Source: Spirochaetia bacterium
Lineage (GTDB): Bacteria; Spirochaetota; Spirochaetia; SZUA-6; Bin103
Direction of reading: 5' to 3'
DNA length: 64,000 nucleotides
Assembly: GCA_965203905.1 (NCBI GenBank)
Contig: CBDBDQ010000005.1
Span: 7,072,001 to 7,136,000, forward strand
The position numbers and the translations under genes are program-made. This document shows, one piece after another, positions 49,589 through 59,768 of the stretch; positions within the stretch are counted from its first letter, which is position 1; each line of letters opens with the position of its first letter. Under the pieces are notes generated by a model. It ran no database searches. It was not told the DNA's origin and was given only the letters and a program-made list of their open reading frames with translations.

Positions 49589-50575
49589 TCAGTCGAGCTC
49601 GGCGTCGATAACCTGGAGCTGGGTGCGCAGGTCCTCTACCTCCTGGGCCCAGAACGCCGCCCCACCCCACTGTGGAAACGACTCGCGGAAGCGCAGGTCG
49701 TGGCGCTGCAGCGCCGACCAGGCCAGGTAGTAGATCATCCGCATCACCCGCAGCGGCTCGATCAGCCGCTGCTCGCGCCGATCGAACGGCCGGAACTGCT
49801 CGTAGCCCTCCAGCAGCAACGCCAGCTCGCGGCGGCTGTCGGCCATCCGGCCCGGCAGCAGCAGCCACAGGTCCTGCACCGCCGGCCCGAGCATCAGGTC
49901 GTCGAAGTCGATCAACAGCAGGCCCTCGGCGGCGCGATCCAGGATGTTGCCGCGGTGGCAGTCGCCGTGCACCGGCTGCAGCGACACGCCTTCGAACCGC
50001 GGCCCGAACCGCTCCACCGCGCCGCGCGCCAGCTCGAAGAACTCCGCCGCGGCAGCGGGTGCCACCACGCTCGCCTGCTCCAGCTCGTCGATGAACCGTG
50101 CCGTCGCCCGCCGCGGGGTGCAGCTCAGCCGGTGCTCGACGCTGCCACCAGCCAGTGCGACGTGCAGGCGCCCCACCAGCGCGCCGATACGCAGCCAGTC
50201 CTCGTCGCGGTCGGCGTCGAAGTTGCGTCCGCTGCGCTTGGGGTAGACCGCGTAGTAGAACTCCTGCTCGGCGGTCGCGCCGGCCGCGGTCACGGCGTGC
50301 AGCGTCTCGCCGCCGGCGTCGGCCAGCGGCGCCACCACCGGAAGCTCCGCGGCGGCGCACCTGGCCACCAGGCGGTGCTCCTCCGCGATCGCCTCCCACG
50401 ACCAGCGCCGCGGCCGGTAGAACTTGGCGACGAACTGGCGACCGTCCTCGTCGCCGAACCCGTACACGCGGTTGACGTAGCTGGGGTAGCCGGTAAGCGC
50501 TCCGTCGACCGGAGTCGCGATTACCGATTCGATGGCCTGCACGGCCACGTAGGGGGTAAGCAGAGCGAAGCTCAT
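49589..50575 (-). CDS. srkA: SrkA/RdoA (YihE) Ser/Thr protein kinase
   Basis: SYVNRVY, AKFYRP.RWS, HGDCHRGN, DFDD and QDLW motifs. Confidence 0.88.
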   Translation of the reverse strand: MSFALLTPYVAVQAIESVIATPVDGALTGYPSYVNRVYGFGDEDGRQFVAKFYRPRRWSWEAIAEEHRLVARCAAAELPVVAPLADAGGETLHAVTAAGATAEQEFYYAVYPKRSGRNFDADRDEDWLRIGALVGRLHVALAGGSVEHRLSCTPRRATARFIDELEQASVVAPAAAAEFFELARGAVERFGPRFEGVSLQPVHGDCHRGNILDRAAEGLLLIDFDDLMLGPAVQDLWLLLPGRMADSRRELALLLEGYEQFRPFDRREQRLIEPLRVMRMIYYLAWSALQRHDLRFRESFPQWGGAAFWAQEVEDLRTQLQVIDAELD

Positions 50576-50621
50576 GACAGGGCAAGTGCGGGCGGTGCGA
50601 CCACATGCACCGCGCGCGAAC

Positions 50622-52082
50622 CTACGGCGCCTCGCCGCTCGCTGCGCCGCGTGCCGGCTGCGCGCCGAATGCCTGGCGCCCGATCGTTTCCAGAGGCGCC
50701 GGCGCGCCCGGCTCCGGCGGCGTGCTGGCCGCGGCACCGTAGGCGAAGACGACCACGCCGCCGACTCGTTCGCGGCGCGCGAAGTCGATCTGCCGCAGCG
50801 TGGTGTCGACCGGGTTGAGGTAGGCCCCGATCCCCGCCCACAGGCGCTCGCGCTTCCCCGCCGTGATACGCGCGGAGGCGATCCAGTTGTGAAACAGCTC
50901 GGTGTCGGCGGTGTAGGCCATCGGCACCGCCACGTCGATGATTCCGTCGGCCAGCCACGCGGTCCACGCCTGGTAACGTTGTTCGCGCGCCTTGCGCTGG
51001 TCGGCAAGGACGGCCGCCGAGATCAGGAGTTCGGGCCGTAGCGCCTTTACCGCCTCGTAGACGCCCCGCACCAGGTCGGTCACGCTGTCGCGCCGGAATA
51101 CGTCCCAATGCTCGGGCAGAGCGTCCACCATGGCGTAGGGGTCCTGCTCCGCCGCCGCGGCCAGCTCCCGGAAGCGAGCGGCAGGCAGGCGCGGCTCGAC
51201 CCAGACGCGGAAACGCTCCAGGGCGCCGCGCGAGTAGTCGAAGTCAGGCGACGGGAACCGTACGTAGTCGAAGTGGATGCCGTCTACATCGTAGTTGCCG
51301 GCCAGGTCCAGCCACACCTGTTGCAGGCGGCGCTGCACGGCGGGATGCGAAGGGCTGGTGAACAGGCCCTCCAGCTTGGGTACGTTGGCCGCCGCATGGT
51401 CGATGAGCCGGGCTACGTAGTCGACCGTGTGCGGATCCTGGTCGTAGAGTTCGCGACCCAGGATGCGAGGCACCGCCAGCCAGTCGGGATGGGCGTTCAC
51501 CAGGTGCACGGGGCTGCGCGGCGGGTCGACCGGGCCCCACACGAGATGGGTGTTGACCCACGCGTGCACCGCCATGCCGCGAGCGTGCGCTTCCTCGAGT
51601 GCCACCTGCAACGGGTCGAATGCGGGGTCGTCGGGGAGGCTCTCGGCGCGCGGCTCGTGGGCCGATGCATACAGCGCATCACCGCGGCCGCGGACCTGCA
51701 CCAACACGGTGTTGAAGCCACTGGCGTCGGCCTCCGCCACCAGCGCACGCACCTGCTCCGCGCTGCCGAGCGCGGTGCGGACCACCCACAGGGCGCGCAC
51801 CTCGGCGTAACGCCGGAGGGGACGGGTCGGCGCGGCGGCACCCGGACGCGCAGCCGCGGCCGCCACCGAGGCCGGATAGGGGGCCGCTGCCTCGGTCTCG
51901 GCGTGCGCGGGCGAAGGACTGCCCGCCCACAGGGCCGCCAGCAGGGCAGCCGCCAGCAGCTTGGTGAAAGCGGCGGCCGGCGACCGGTGCGACGACTGGC
52001 GAGCAGGCGCGGTCACTCGGTGACGCCGAAGTGGCCACTCCATGGCGCCGGAAACCATGGTAAACGGGTGCACCTGGTTCAT
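50622..52082 (-). CDS. GHL10 (YddW/DigH-like) glycoside hydrolase; start codon uncertain
   Basis: EVRALWV, QVRGRGDA, VHAW, YDVDGIHFDYVR and PMAY motifs. Confidence 0.85.
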   Translation of the reverse strand: MNQVHPFTMVSGAMEWPLRRHRVTAPARQSSHRSPAAAFTKLLAAALLAALWAGSPSPAHAETEAAAPYPASVAAAAARPGAAAPTRPLRRYAEVRALWVVRTALGSAEQVRALVAEADASGFNTVLVQVRGRGDALYASAHEPRAESLPDDPAFDPLQVALEEAHARGMAVHAWVNTHLVWGPVDPPRSPVHLVNAHPDWLAVPRILGRELYDQDPHTVDYVARLIDHAAANVPKLEGLFTSPSHPAVQRRLQQVWLDLAGNYDVDGIHFDYVRFPSPDFDYSRGALERFRVWVEPRLPAARFRELAAAAEQDPYAMVDALPEHWDVFRRDSVTDLVRGVYEAVKALRPELLISAAVLADQRKAREQRYQAWTAWLADGIIDVAVPMAYTADTELFHNWIASARITAGKRERLWAGIGAYLNPVDTTLRQIDFARRERVGGVVVFAYGAAASTPPEPGAPAPLETIGRQAFGAQPARGAASGEAP

Positions 52083-52101
52083 CTGCTGGACATGGTTCGG
52101 A

Positions 52102-53061
52102 CTAGGCAGGTTGTAGCGCGTGGCTGCCGGCAACCTGGCCATGGATGTCGGTGCCCACCACCTCGCTCCAGCGCTCCAGCACGCGCCGCCACACCGGTCC
52201 GGGCCTGCCGTCGCCGATCGGCACCCCGTTGAAGCGCGCCACCGGAGCCAGGCAGTAGGGGGTGGTCGGCAGCCACGCCTCCTCCGCGTTGAGCACGTCG
52301 TAGGTCTGCAGGTCCTCCTCCACGAAGCCGATACCGAGATCCTCAAGCAGCTCGGTCAGCACCGTCAGGCTCACCCCCCACAGGATATTGTGCCGGCGCG
52401 GAGAAATCACCCTGCCGTCGCGAAAGATGACGAAGTTGGAGCCGCTGGTCTCGGTGATATTGCCGTCCAGGTCCAGGTAGACGGCAACGGCGTCCGGATC
52501 CACGAGGTGCGCCTGGTGGTCGCCGATCCACATGTGCAGCCGGTTGCGGTTCTTGATCTTCGACGACAGCGACGCGGGAGGCCAGTGACGCGGCGCCGGT
52601 GTAACACAGTGCGCACCGCGGGTGAACAGCGGCGCCCACAGGTGGAACGGGAGCGGAAAGGTGTGCTGCACATAGGTTGCCCGCCGTTCACCGGTCAACC
52701 CGGCGGCGCCGGCGTAGACCGGGTTCTCACCCGCGGTGACGTAGTAGACCAGCCCCAGCTCGGCGCCGCCGGCCGCGGCGCGATTGTTGGCGATCAGCCG
52801 GCGCGTCACCTGCATCGACTCGCCGGCATCGATGGGCGGATCGATGTGTGCGTACTTGCAGGAGCGGTACAGCCGCTGCACGTGGTCCTCCAGCCGGTAC
52901 GGCTCGCCGCCGAAGGTGCGCAGGAAGTCGGTAACTGCCGCGCCGAGGATGATGCCGAGATCGTAAATCGGCAGCTTGCACTCCGCCGCCGTGACGAATT
53001 CGCCGTTCAGGAAGGCAAGGGTTTCGCGCCCACCAGCGCCGTCCAGGTGTCCAGGTGTCAT
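52102..53061 (-). CDS. Class IV PLP aminotransferase
   Basis: LNGEFV, HVQRL, KIKNRNRL, ETSGSN and ILWGVS motifs. Confidence 0.9.
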   Translation of the reverse strand: MTPGHLDGAGGRETLAFLNGEFVTAAECKLPIYDLGIILGAAVTDFLRTFGGEPYRLEDHVQRLYRSCKYAHIDPPIDAGESMQVTRRLIANNRAAAGGAELGLVYYVTAGENPVYAGAAGLTGERRATYVQHTFPLPFHLWAPLFTRGAHCVTPAPRHWPPASLSSKIKNRNRLHMWIGDHQAHLVDPDAVAVYLDLDGNITETSGSNFVIFRDGRVISPRRHNILWGVSLTVLTELLEDLGIGFVEEDLQTYDVLNAEEAWLPTTPYCLAPVARFNGVPIGDGRPGPVWRRVLERWSEVVGTDIHGQVAGSHALQPA

Positions 53062-53138
53062 GGCCGGATCATGCCCGGAACGGCGCCGATGAGGAAGCGC
53101 ATCCCCAACGCGTGCCGGCTACCGCCCCGAGAGCGTCG

Positions 53139-54437
53139 CTACCGCCACTCGCCGTCGAGCCAGAGGTAGGCGCGCCCGCTGTTGCCAAGCGGGCGGAACG
53201 GTCGCCGCGGCTGCTCCAGCCCTCCCGGCCCCTGCCAGCCGAACAGGGTGAGGCAGCGCGCCACCTCGCTGCCGTCGGCGCGCTCCACCGGCTTGGGGTT
53301 GTTGTACAGCAGGCCATCTTCCGGCACCAGGCGCGCGTCGCGCTGCCAGGTCTCCCCTTCATCGCGCGAGCGCCACCGCTCTATCTCGCCGCCGCCGTAG
53401 CGCAGCCCGGCCCCGTCCACCGTGCCCACGGTCAGGTAGGCGACGATCGAACGATCTGCGTCGCGGCTCACGTGGGAGCCGGACCAGATGTCGTTGGTGC
53501 GCACGATCGGGTGGCGTTCCCACGCGCCATTCCGGTGGCGGACGAAGTAGTACACCACGTCGTTGCGCGTGCTGTCGGATACCGGCACCACGAATGCCGC
53601 GTCCCCCTGCCCCGCTCCCGTGGGTGCGTCCGCCGGAAGAATCGCCGGGTTGAGCGAGTAGCGGTACCCGGTGTCCCACAGCTTGCACGCCTCGCCGCCG
53701 GCCCGCGTCAGCGGCCGCTGCAGCCGGCTTCCGTCGGGTGCGTGCAGCTCGCCCGTAGCCAGCTCCAGGCACACGTAGTAGAGGTGATGGCGCTTGCCGG
53801 TACGCTCGTCCATGTAGTTGAAGCCGATGTGCAGCCACTCGCGGTCCGCGCTCAGGCGGGCGCTGTGGTAGGTGCAGGCCCAGGTGTCGAGGTTGGTCTG
53901 CGGGTTCTGGTCGAAGTCGACCAGCGGCAGGTCCGGGCGGGTCCAGGAGTAGCCGCCGTCGTCGGAGATCTGGTACCCCCAGTTGCCCATGTGCCCGAAG
54001 GTGCGGAAGTAGAGCAGCAGGCGGCCGTCGCCGAGCGGGAACGCTCGGGGATAGGAGATCGAGGGTGCGATCTCCGGACCTGGGCGCCAGGAGGCGATGG
54101 AGTCGGGCTGCTCCGACACCAGGTGCACCCCGCCGTCGGCGCCGTGACAGTGGTAGAGCAAGTGCAGATGGGCCCCGGAGTCGCGCCAGATGATCGGCGC
54201 GAAGTGGTGGTCGTAGCCGCGCACGTGGCCTAGCCTGACCGGCTCCGACCAGCGCCGGCCGCTCACCTCGTAGGCGATGGCGTACGGATGGCCGCGCAGC
54301 GCGGCGTTTTCGCCGCCGGTGGAGTGGTAGACGATGTGGATCGTGTCCTCGTGCCACAGCGCCTGTGGGCCCATGCGCAGGTCGTAGACCATCTTCTCGG
54401 TGCCGTGGCGGGCGAACGGCCGTGCCGCGGAAGTCAT
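53139..54437 (-). CDS. BNR-4 repeat beta-propeller protein
   Basis: DHHFAP, HLLYHCHG, SYP, SDDGGYSW and SRDEGETW motifs. Confidence 0.75.
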   Translation of the reverse strand: MTSAARPFARHGTEKMVYDLRMGPQALWHEDTIHIVYHSTGGENAALRGHPYAIAYEVSGRRWSEPVRLGHVRGYDHHFAPIIWRDSGAHLHLLYHCHGADGGVHLVSEQPDSIASWRPGPEIAPSISYPRAFPLGDGRLLLYFRTFGHMGNWGYQISDDGGYSWTRPDLPLVDFDQNPQTNLDTWACTYHSARLSADREWLHIGFNYMDERTGKRHHLYYVCLELATGELHAPDGSRLQRPLTRAGGEACKLWDTGYRYSLNPAILPADAPTGAGQGDAAFVVPVSDSTRNDVVYYFVRHRNGAWERHPIVRTNDIWSGSHVSRDADRSIVAYLTVGTVDGAGLRYGGGEIERWRSRDEGETWQRDARLVPEDGLLYNNPKPVERADGSEVARCLTLFGWQGPGGLEQPRRPFRPLGNSGRAYLWLDGEWR

Positions 54438-54500
54438 CGGCCGGATCCTATACCAATTAGCCCGGCGCCGCGGTGCGCGGCGCCGGGGTATGATCGGGGT

Positions 54501-55457
54501 GTGGCAATTCTGATCACCGGTGGTGCCGGGTTCATCGGCAGGACGCTGGCGCGTCACTTCGTCGCCGCGGGACGGGAGGTGCTGGCCTTCGACATGGCGC
54601 CGCCCGAGGCGGCCGCAAGCGCCGACTGGCCGGCAGGAGTGGGCTATGTCAGCGGCGACATTCGCGATCCCGCGACGGTGCGGGCGGCGGTGGAGCGCAG
54701 CGGCGAGCAGGATCCCATCGTCCACCTGGCGGGCATGCTGACCGCCGGCTGCGACCGCGACCCGGCGGCGGGCATGGCGGTGAATGTCGGCGGCAGCTTC
54801 CACGTGCTGGATGCGGCGCGTGCATGCGGTGGACGGCGGGTGGTGCTGGCCAGCACCATCGGCGTGTACGGTCGCGACCTGCCGCAGCCGATTGACGAGA
54901 CCATGGCCACCGAGCCGGACGGCTGGTACGGGTACACCAAGCGCTGCGCCGAGGAGATGGGGCTGCTGCACGTGCGCCGCCACGGCATGGACGTGCGCGC
55001 CGTCCGCATGGCGGCGGTGACCGGCCCGTTCCGGCAGGCGGCCGGATCGGCGAGCCTGTTCACCTCCCTGATCCCCGAGAAGGCGGCGCGCGGTGAGCCC
55101 TACGCCGTCGAGGTGAGCGAGGACACCGCCTATCCCGTGGTCTACGTGGACGACGCGGTCAGCGCCCTGGCCCGCCTGGCCACCGCAAGGGAGGCTCCGC
55201 AGCGCATCTACAACGTCGCCTCCGGCCGGGTGGTGGTGCGCGATATGATCGCCCACGTCCGGCGGATCCTGCCGCAGGCACAGTTCACGTTCGCTCCGGA
55301 TCCGGTGATCATGCAGGTGGTGAGCGGCTACCGCGAGTGGCACATCGACTGCCGGCGCATCGCCGCCGAGCTGGGCTGGGTGCCGCGCTTCGGCGTCCGC
55401 GAAATGGTGGACGACATCATCCGCCGCGTGCGCGACAGCCAGCGGGAGCGCCCGTAG
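54501..55457 (+). CDS. NAD-dependent epimerase/dehydratase (extended SDR)
   Basis: ITGGAGFIG, VHLAG and YGYTK motifs. Confidence 0.92.
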   Translation: MAILITGGAGFIGRTLARHFVAAGREVLAFDMAPPEAAASADWPAGVGYVSGDIRDPATVRAAVERSGEQDPIVHLAGMLTAGCDRDPAAGMAVNVGGSFHVLDAARACGGRRVVLASTIGVYGRDLPQPIDETMATEPDGWYGYTKRCAEEMGLLHVRRHGMDVRAVRMAAVTGPFRQAAGSASLFTSLIPEKAARGEPYAVEVSEDTAYPVVYVDDAVSALARLATAREAPQRIYNVASGRVVVRDMIAHVRRILPQAQFTFAPDPVIMQVVSGYREWHIDCRRIAAELGWVPRFGVREMVDDIIRRVRDSQRERP

Positions 55458-55476
55458 CGCCGCCGGCGCCGCCGCC

Positions 55477-56934
55477 TTACCAGATCGAGGCCATCTCCCA
55501 GGCATCGAGCGAGACCACGGTTGCGCTGCCGGATACGGCGAATGCCGCCACCGCGAGGTCCTCCTCGGGCGGGTAGTCTACGCGGGTGACGGCGGCCGCC
55601 CCGTCCTGGACAAACAGCTCCATCACCGAGTGGTCCAGGAACAGGTGCAGCCGGAGCGTCTCGCCGGCGCGGAGCCGCAGCGGCAGGCGGGTGCCGGCCA
55701 CGTCCAGCGTACCGGCGACATAGTTGATCGCCAGGCCGCCGGAGCCGTCTTCCCGGCAGCGCACCCTCAGCCCGCAGCTCGCCGCATCCCGCGGGGCCAG
55801 CTCGGCGACGATCTCCAGCGCCTTGCCGCGTGCTTCCGGGATGAGTCGCACGCCGTCCTCGAGCGCCAGGCGCTCGACGCGGGTATGCCGCCGACGCAGG
55901 CGGCTCAGCTCCGGCAGCGGCGTCTGGATCAGGCGGCCGCCCTCGAGGCCCAGCACTCGCGGCAACGACATGCAGCCACGCCAGCCGCGTCCCTCCGCGA
56001 AGCCGCTCACCCAGCCCACCAGAACGGTGCGCCCGCCGGGGCCACCCGCCGGGTCGACGAAGGCCGAGGTGCCGTAGAGGCCGCGCGAGTAGCGGTCCGG
56101 TTGCACGTCGCCGCCATAGCCGTGGTCGAGGATGCGTGGCGGGCCGGCCGCGGCGAACGTCACCGCATCCGGATCGAAGCGGCCCAGCAGGTAGCTGATC
56201 GGATAGGTGGAGCGGATCAGCACGTAGCGCCCCTGCAGGGTGAACACGTTGGGGCACTCGCCGGCCACCCCCTCCTCGGCCGCCGCGATCGAGCCGGTGC
56301 CGCCCAGGTGGCCCAGCGCCCGCCACGCGGTCAGCTCCTGGTTCTGCGCCTCGCATACCAGCCCGTGGCTCTGCTTGAAGGTGGCGAACACGCGGTCACC
56401 GTGGTCGAACAGGTAGATGTCGGCCCAGATGGCGGGGATGTCGGCGGGCACCCCGCTGGTGCCGGGGGTCAGCCCCAGGTCGACCGTCCGCCAGGTGATC
56501 AGGTCGTCGTCGACCGGCAGGGCGCCGCGCGGCTCGCGCTTGTGCTCCGGGAAGTCGAGCGGCGTATGGGTGTAGAACAGCATCGGCACGCCGTCGGTGC
56601 GGATCCACGAGCTGCCGGACGCGAACGCCCGCGCGCCGTCCTCCGGCCGCGGCAGCAGCGCCGGCGGCAGGAACTCCCAGTGCACCAGGTCACGGCTGCG
56701 TGCGTGGCCCCACCCCATGCCCACCTTCACCGCCGCGATGTCATCCGACCAGGGCAGGAACTGAAAGAAGACGTGGTACCAGCCGCGGTGGTGGAACGCG
56801 CCGTGCACGTCGTTCATCCACTGCGCCGGCGGCAGGAAGTGGTAAACCGGGCGCGCCGGATCGGCGGCTGCACGCGGCGCGGCCTCCGCCACCGCCGCCA
56901 GCGCACGCCGCCGCAGCTCGTCGAGTTCCACCAT
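55477..56934 (-). CDS. Glycoside hydrolase family 32
   Basis: WMNDVHG, WGHARSRDLVHW, SGS, ECP, MSLPR and DHSVMELF motifs. Confidence 0.88.
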   Translation of the reverse strand: MVELDELRRRALAAVAEAAPRAAADPARPVYHFLPPAQWMNDVHGAFHHRGWYHVFFQFLPWSDDIAAVKVGMGWGHARSRDLVHWEFLPPALLPRPEDGARAFASGSSWIRTDGVPMLFYTHTPLDFPEHKREPRGALPVDDDLITWRTVDLGLTPGTSGVPADIPAIWADIYLFDHGDRVFATFKQSHGLVCEAQNQELTAWRALGHLGGTGSIAAAEEGVAGECPNVFTLQGRYVLIRSTYPISYLLGRFDPDAVTFAAAGPPRILDHGYGGDVQPDRYSRGLYGTSAFVDPAGGPGGRTVLVGWVSGFAEGRGWRGCMSLPRVLGLEGGRLIQTPLPELSRLRRRHTRVERLALEDGVRLIPEARGKALEIVAELAPRDAASCGLRVRCREDGSGGLAINYVAGTLDVAGTRLPLRLRAGETLRLHLFLDHSVMELFVQDGAAAVTRVDYPPEEDLAVAAFAVSGSATVVSLDAWEMASIW

Positions 56935-57019
56935 GGCGCGAGTCCGCAAATCATGCCCAGCACGCGAACCAAGTGCACCGGTTTTCATGGTTTCTGACGT
57001 CACGGGGTGGCCTTGCGCA

Positions 57020-58213
57020 CTACTCTGCCACCCGTTGCCGCGATTCGGCAACCTCACCCAGTCCCAGTTCCTGCAAGGCCTCGCGCCAGTGCAGGCACAG
57101 CACGCCACCAATCTGCATCCGCCCCGGATCCCTGCTGATGCACAGGGCCAGCGGGCGGCCGAAGTCACCCGCGAACCGCCTCAAGCCGCGCGTGTCGCGC
57201 TCGTCGATGCGGTCGGACGACTTGATCTCGATCAGCACTACCGGCATAGCGGGCCGCTCGATCACCAGGTCGATCTCCACCCCGGCTCCGGTCTGCAGGT
57301 AGAACAGCCTCCAGTCAGGGTATCGGTACCTCGACAGGTGCAGAATCTGGGTGATGACGAAGTGTTCGAATGCCTTGCCGAATTCGTAGGTCCCGGCGCG
57401 AAGCGGCACCTCCAGCGTCCGCTCCAGCGACCGTTTGACGCCGATGTCGAAGTAGTAGAACTTCGGATTCGTGCGCTGCTGCTTCCTGATCGAGCGGTGG
57501 TAGGCGGGCAGGTGAAAGCCCACCAGCGTGTCTTCCAGGATGCTGAAATAGGAAATGATGGTCTTGGGATCCGCTCCCACGTCGCGTGCGATGTTGGCAT
57601 AGTTGATGATGGTGCCGTTCGACTGCGCCGCGACCTCGAGAAACTCGCGAAACGGATCGAGCCGTCTGATAATCTGCTCGGCGACGATCTCTTCCTTCAG
57701 GTAGGTAAGGGCGTACGCGCGAAGGTAGGCCCGCTTTTCCTCTCCGCCCGCCAAAGAGTAGATCTTCGGCAGCGTGCCCCAGTGCAGGGCGTCGTCGAGA
57801 ACGAACGCGTCCTGCAACTCCGGAACGGTAAACGGGTAGAGGTTGTACACGAACGCTCGTCCCGCCAGCAGATTGGAGGCCCCCCTTCTGAACTTCCTGC
57901 CGCTCGATCCGGTGAGCACGAACCGCTTTCTGGTGCTCTCGATCAGCCGATGAGCCACGTCCAGCAGTCGAGGCGCGCGCTGCACCTCGTCGATCAGGAT
58001 CCACTCGACCGATGCGGGCAGCGCTCTGACCTCACCCTCCAGCCGGCCGGGGCTCCTCCGGTAGCGATCCTCCACCTCCGGGTCCAGCAGATCCACGTAC
58101 CACGACGCGTCCGGATCGAACGCTTTACCGATGTAGGTGGTCTTGCCGGTGCCGCGTGCACCGAACAGAAAGAACGAATTGCGGCGGCTGACCCGCAGAA
58201 GCCGGCGAAACAC
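57020..58213 (-). CDS. AAA_14 + DUF4143 ATPase
   Basis: GARGTGKT, IDEVQ, LTGSS, LAGR, KFYYFDIG and EIDLV..IEIK motifs. Confidence 0.9.
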   Translation of the reverse strand: MFRRLLRVSRRNSFFLFGARGTGKTTYIGKAFDPDASWYVDLLDPEVEDRYRRSPGRLEGEVRALPASVEWILIDEVQRAPRLLDVAHRLIESTRKRFVLTGSSGRKFRRGASNLLAGRAFVYNLYPFTVPELQDAFVLDDALHWGTLPKIYSLAGGEEKRAYLRAYALTYLKEEIVAEQIIRRLDPFREFLEVAAQSNGTIINYANIARDVGADPKTIISYFSILEDTLVGFHLPAYHRSIRKQQRTNPKFYYFDIGVKRSLERTLEVPLRAGTYEFGKAFEHFVITQILHLSRYRYPDWRLFYLQTGAGVEIDLVIERPAMPVVLIEIKSSDRIDERDTRGLRRFAGDFGRPLALCISRDPGRMQIGGVLCLHWREALQELGLGEVAESRQRVAE

Positions 58214-58386
58214 CGGAATATCCTATTCGAAAAAAGGATCATGGTCCGTATATCCGTTAGAAAAACGGAGTATGGTCTGCATATCGCCCGCCGCATGGAG
58301 CCCTTCCCTGCCGGTTGGCGGCGCGCCGTCGGCGTGGTCGACACCATCGCGGCCAACATCACGCCTCGGTGCGGCCGGCGGACTGG

Positions 58387-59223
58387 TCAGGGCCTGCCGT
58401 TGCGCTCTACGAGAGCTTTCAGGGGGACGTCGGCTTCCTTGGGCAGGTAGTAGCTCAGCGGGTCGCTCACCGCGCCAAGCAGTTGCCGCTGGATCGGGTT
58501 GCTGCGGGCAAGCAGCTCCTCCGGCATCACGACGTAGTCCATCGGCTTCACCCAGCGGTAGGCGTAACCGATGAAGATCGTCTTGCGTGCGGTGCCCGAC
58601 CAGTTGCGTCCGATGCCGTGCCAGGTGCGCTGCTCGAAGATGAAGGCATCTCCGGCCTCGACGTTCATGCTCACGGCGCCGCGCGGCCAACCCGTCTCCG
58701 GATCGACCGCCGGGCGGCCCGAGAGCCGGTTGCTGCCGGGCACCAGGACGGTGGCCCCCGAGGCGGGGTCGGACTGATCGCTGATCGCGTACGCGATCTT
58801 CAGCAGGATGCGCGGGTGCGGCTCCTGCATCTCGGCATACGAGGTGCCTCCGTCGCGATGCAGCCCGACGTGGCCCTTCTCGTCCGGAGCCGGCTCGGGG
58901 CCGGAGGGCAGCACGATCAGGTGCGAAGTGTTGAGCTGAATGTTCCAATTGAGGATGCCCCACGCGAGCGGAGCGGTGGCCGGCCAGTCGAGCAACCGGA
59001 AGAACGCCTCGTGGTGCACGATGCAGTTGCGCAACTCGAACTTGCCGTCGTCGTGCAGTTTCCCCTCGGCCGGCCCGCGGGCACGGACTTCTTCGACGGC
59101 GGCATCGATTTCGTCGACCGCCTCCAGCGGCAGAGCGCCCTTGATCACCAAGTAGCCATTGTCTTCGAAGAAGGTGCGCTGCTCGGCGCTGAGCTCGACA
59201 TAGCCGGGGGAAGGAGCGTTCAT
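58387..59223 (-). CDS. PhyH-family dioxygenase
   Basis: LHRD, VPGSN and WHGIGRN motifs. Confidence 0.9.
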   Translation of the reverse strand: MNAPSPGYVELSAEQRTFFEDNGYLVIKGALPLEAVDEIDAAVEEVRARGPAEGKLHDDGKFELRNCIVHHEAFFRLLDWPATAPLAWGILNWNIQLNTSHLIVLPSGPEPAPDEKGHVGLHRDGGTSYAEMQEPHPRILLKIAYAISDQSDPASGATVLVPGSNRLSGRPAVDPETGWPRGAVSMNVEAGDAFIFEQRTWHGIGRNWSGTARKTIFIGYAYRWVKPMDYVVMPEELLARSNPIQRQLLGAVSDPLSYYLPKEADVPLKALVERNGRP

Positions 59224-59281
59224 GGCAAGTTACCGGTTTACGTTGACCTACGTGCCACCTCGCGTCAACCGAGCGCGCTAC

Positions 59282-59768
59282 CTACGCTACCTGCCCCGCC
59301 CGATTGTACGTAGCTCCTAGCGCCCCGAAACCGCCGCCTGCCGGGGACGCCGGGGAATCCGGCCGCCACCTCGATGCCGCGCGCCGCCAACATCGCCCGC
59401 GCGATACCGCGCGCCCTTCCGCCCGGCTCCGGCGGCGCTGCGAGCCCAGTAGGAGATCGTTGTCCGGCCCGGTGCCTTCCCGCTCCCCGAGCACCGTTCC
59501 CACCCGCTCCAGCACCGCGCTGGTCCGTGCCGAGAGCGTCTCCTCGTTCAACGCGGCGTGGACCTCCGCCCCCGTCCAGCCGGAAACGCCCGGCTCCGCG
59601 CCGGCTCCCGACATGCCCCATCCTCCAGCAAGTAGATGGTCAGCCCCGACCGCCGGCTCCGCGAACGGCCCATCGTGCGCGCCTCCGGCACCTCCACCCA
59701 CACCTCCGGGAACCCCCACGCGCATACTGCACCAGCTTGCGCCGACGCACGTCGGTGGTATGGTCCAC
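59282..59768 (-). pseudogene. 5'-truncated, frameshifted Uma2-like endonuclease remnant
   Basis: VDHTTDVRRRKLVQYA / WGFPEVWVEVP / GWTGAEVHAALNE are spread over different frames and cut at the low-GC boundary. Confidence 0.6.

Noticed and set aside
166-58963. Numerous long antisense or alternate-frame ORFs (for example 20016-21932, 40042-42054, 17505-19073)
   Set aside because: These are shadow ORFs expected from high GC3 codon bias; they are Arg/Ala/Pro-rich, lack motifs and overlap well-supported genes.
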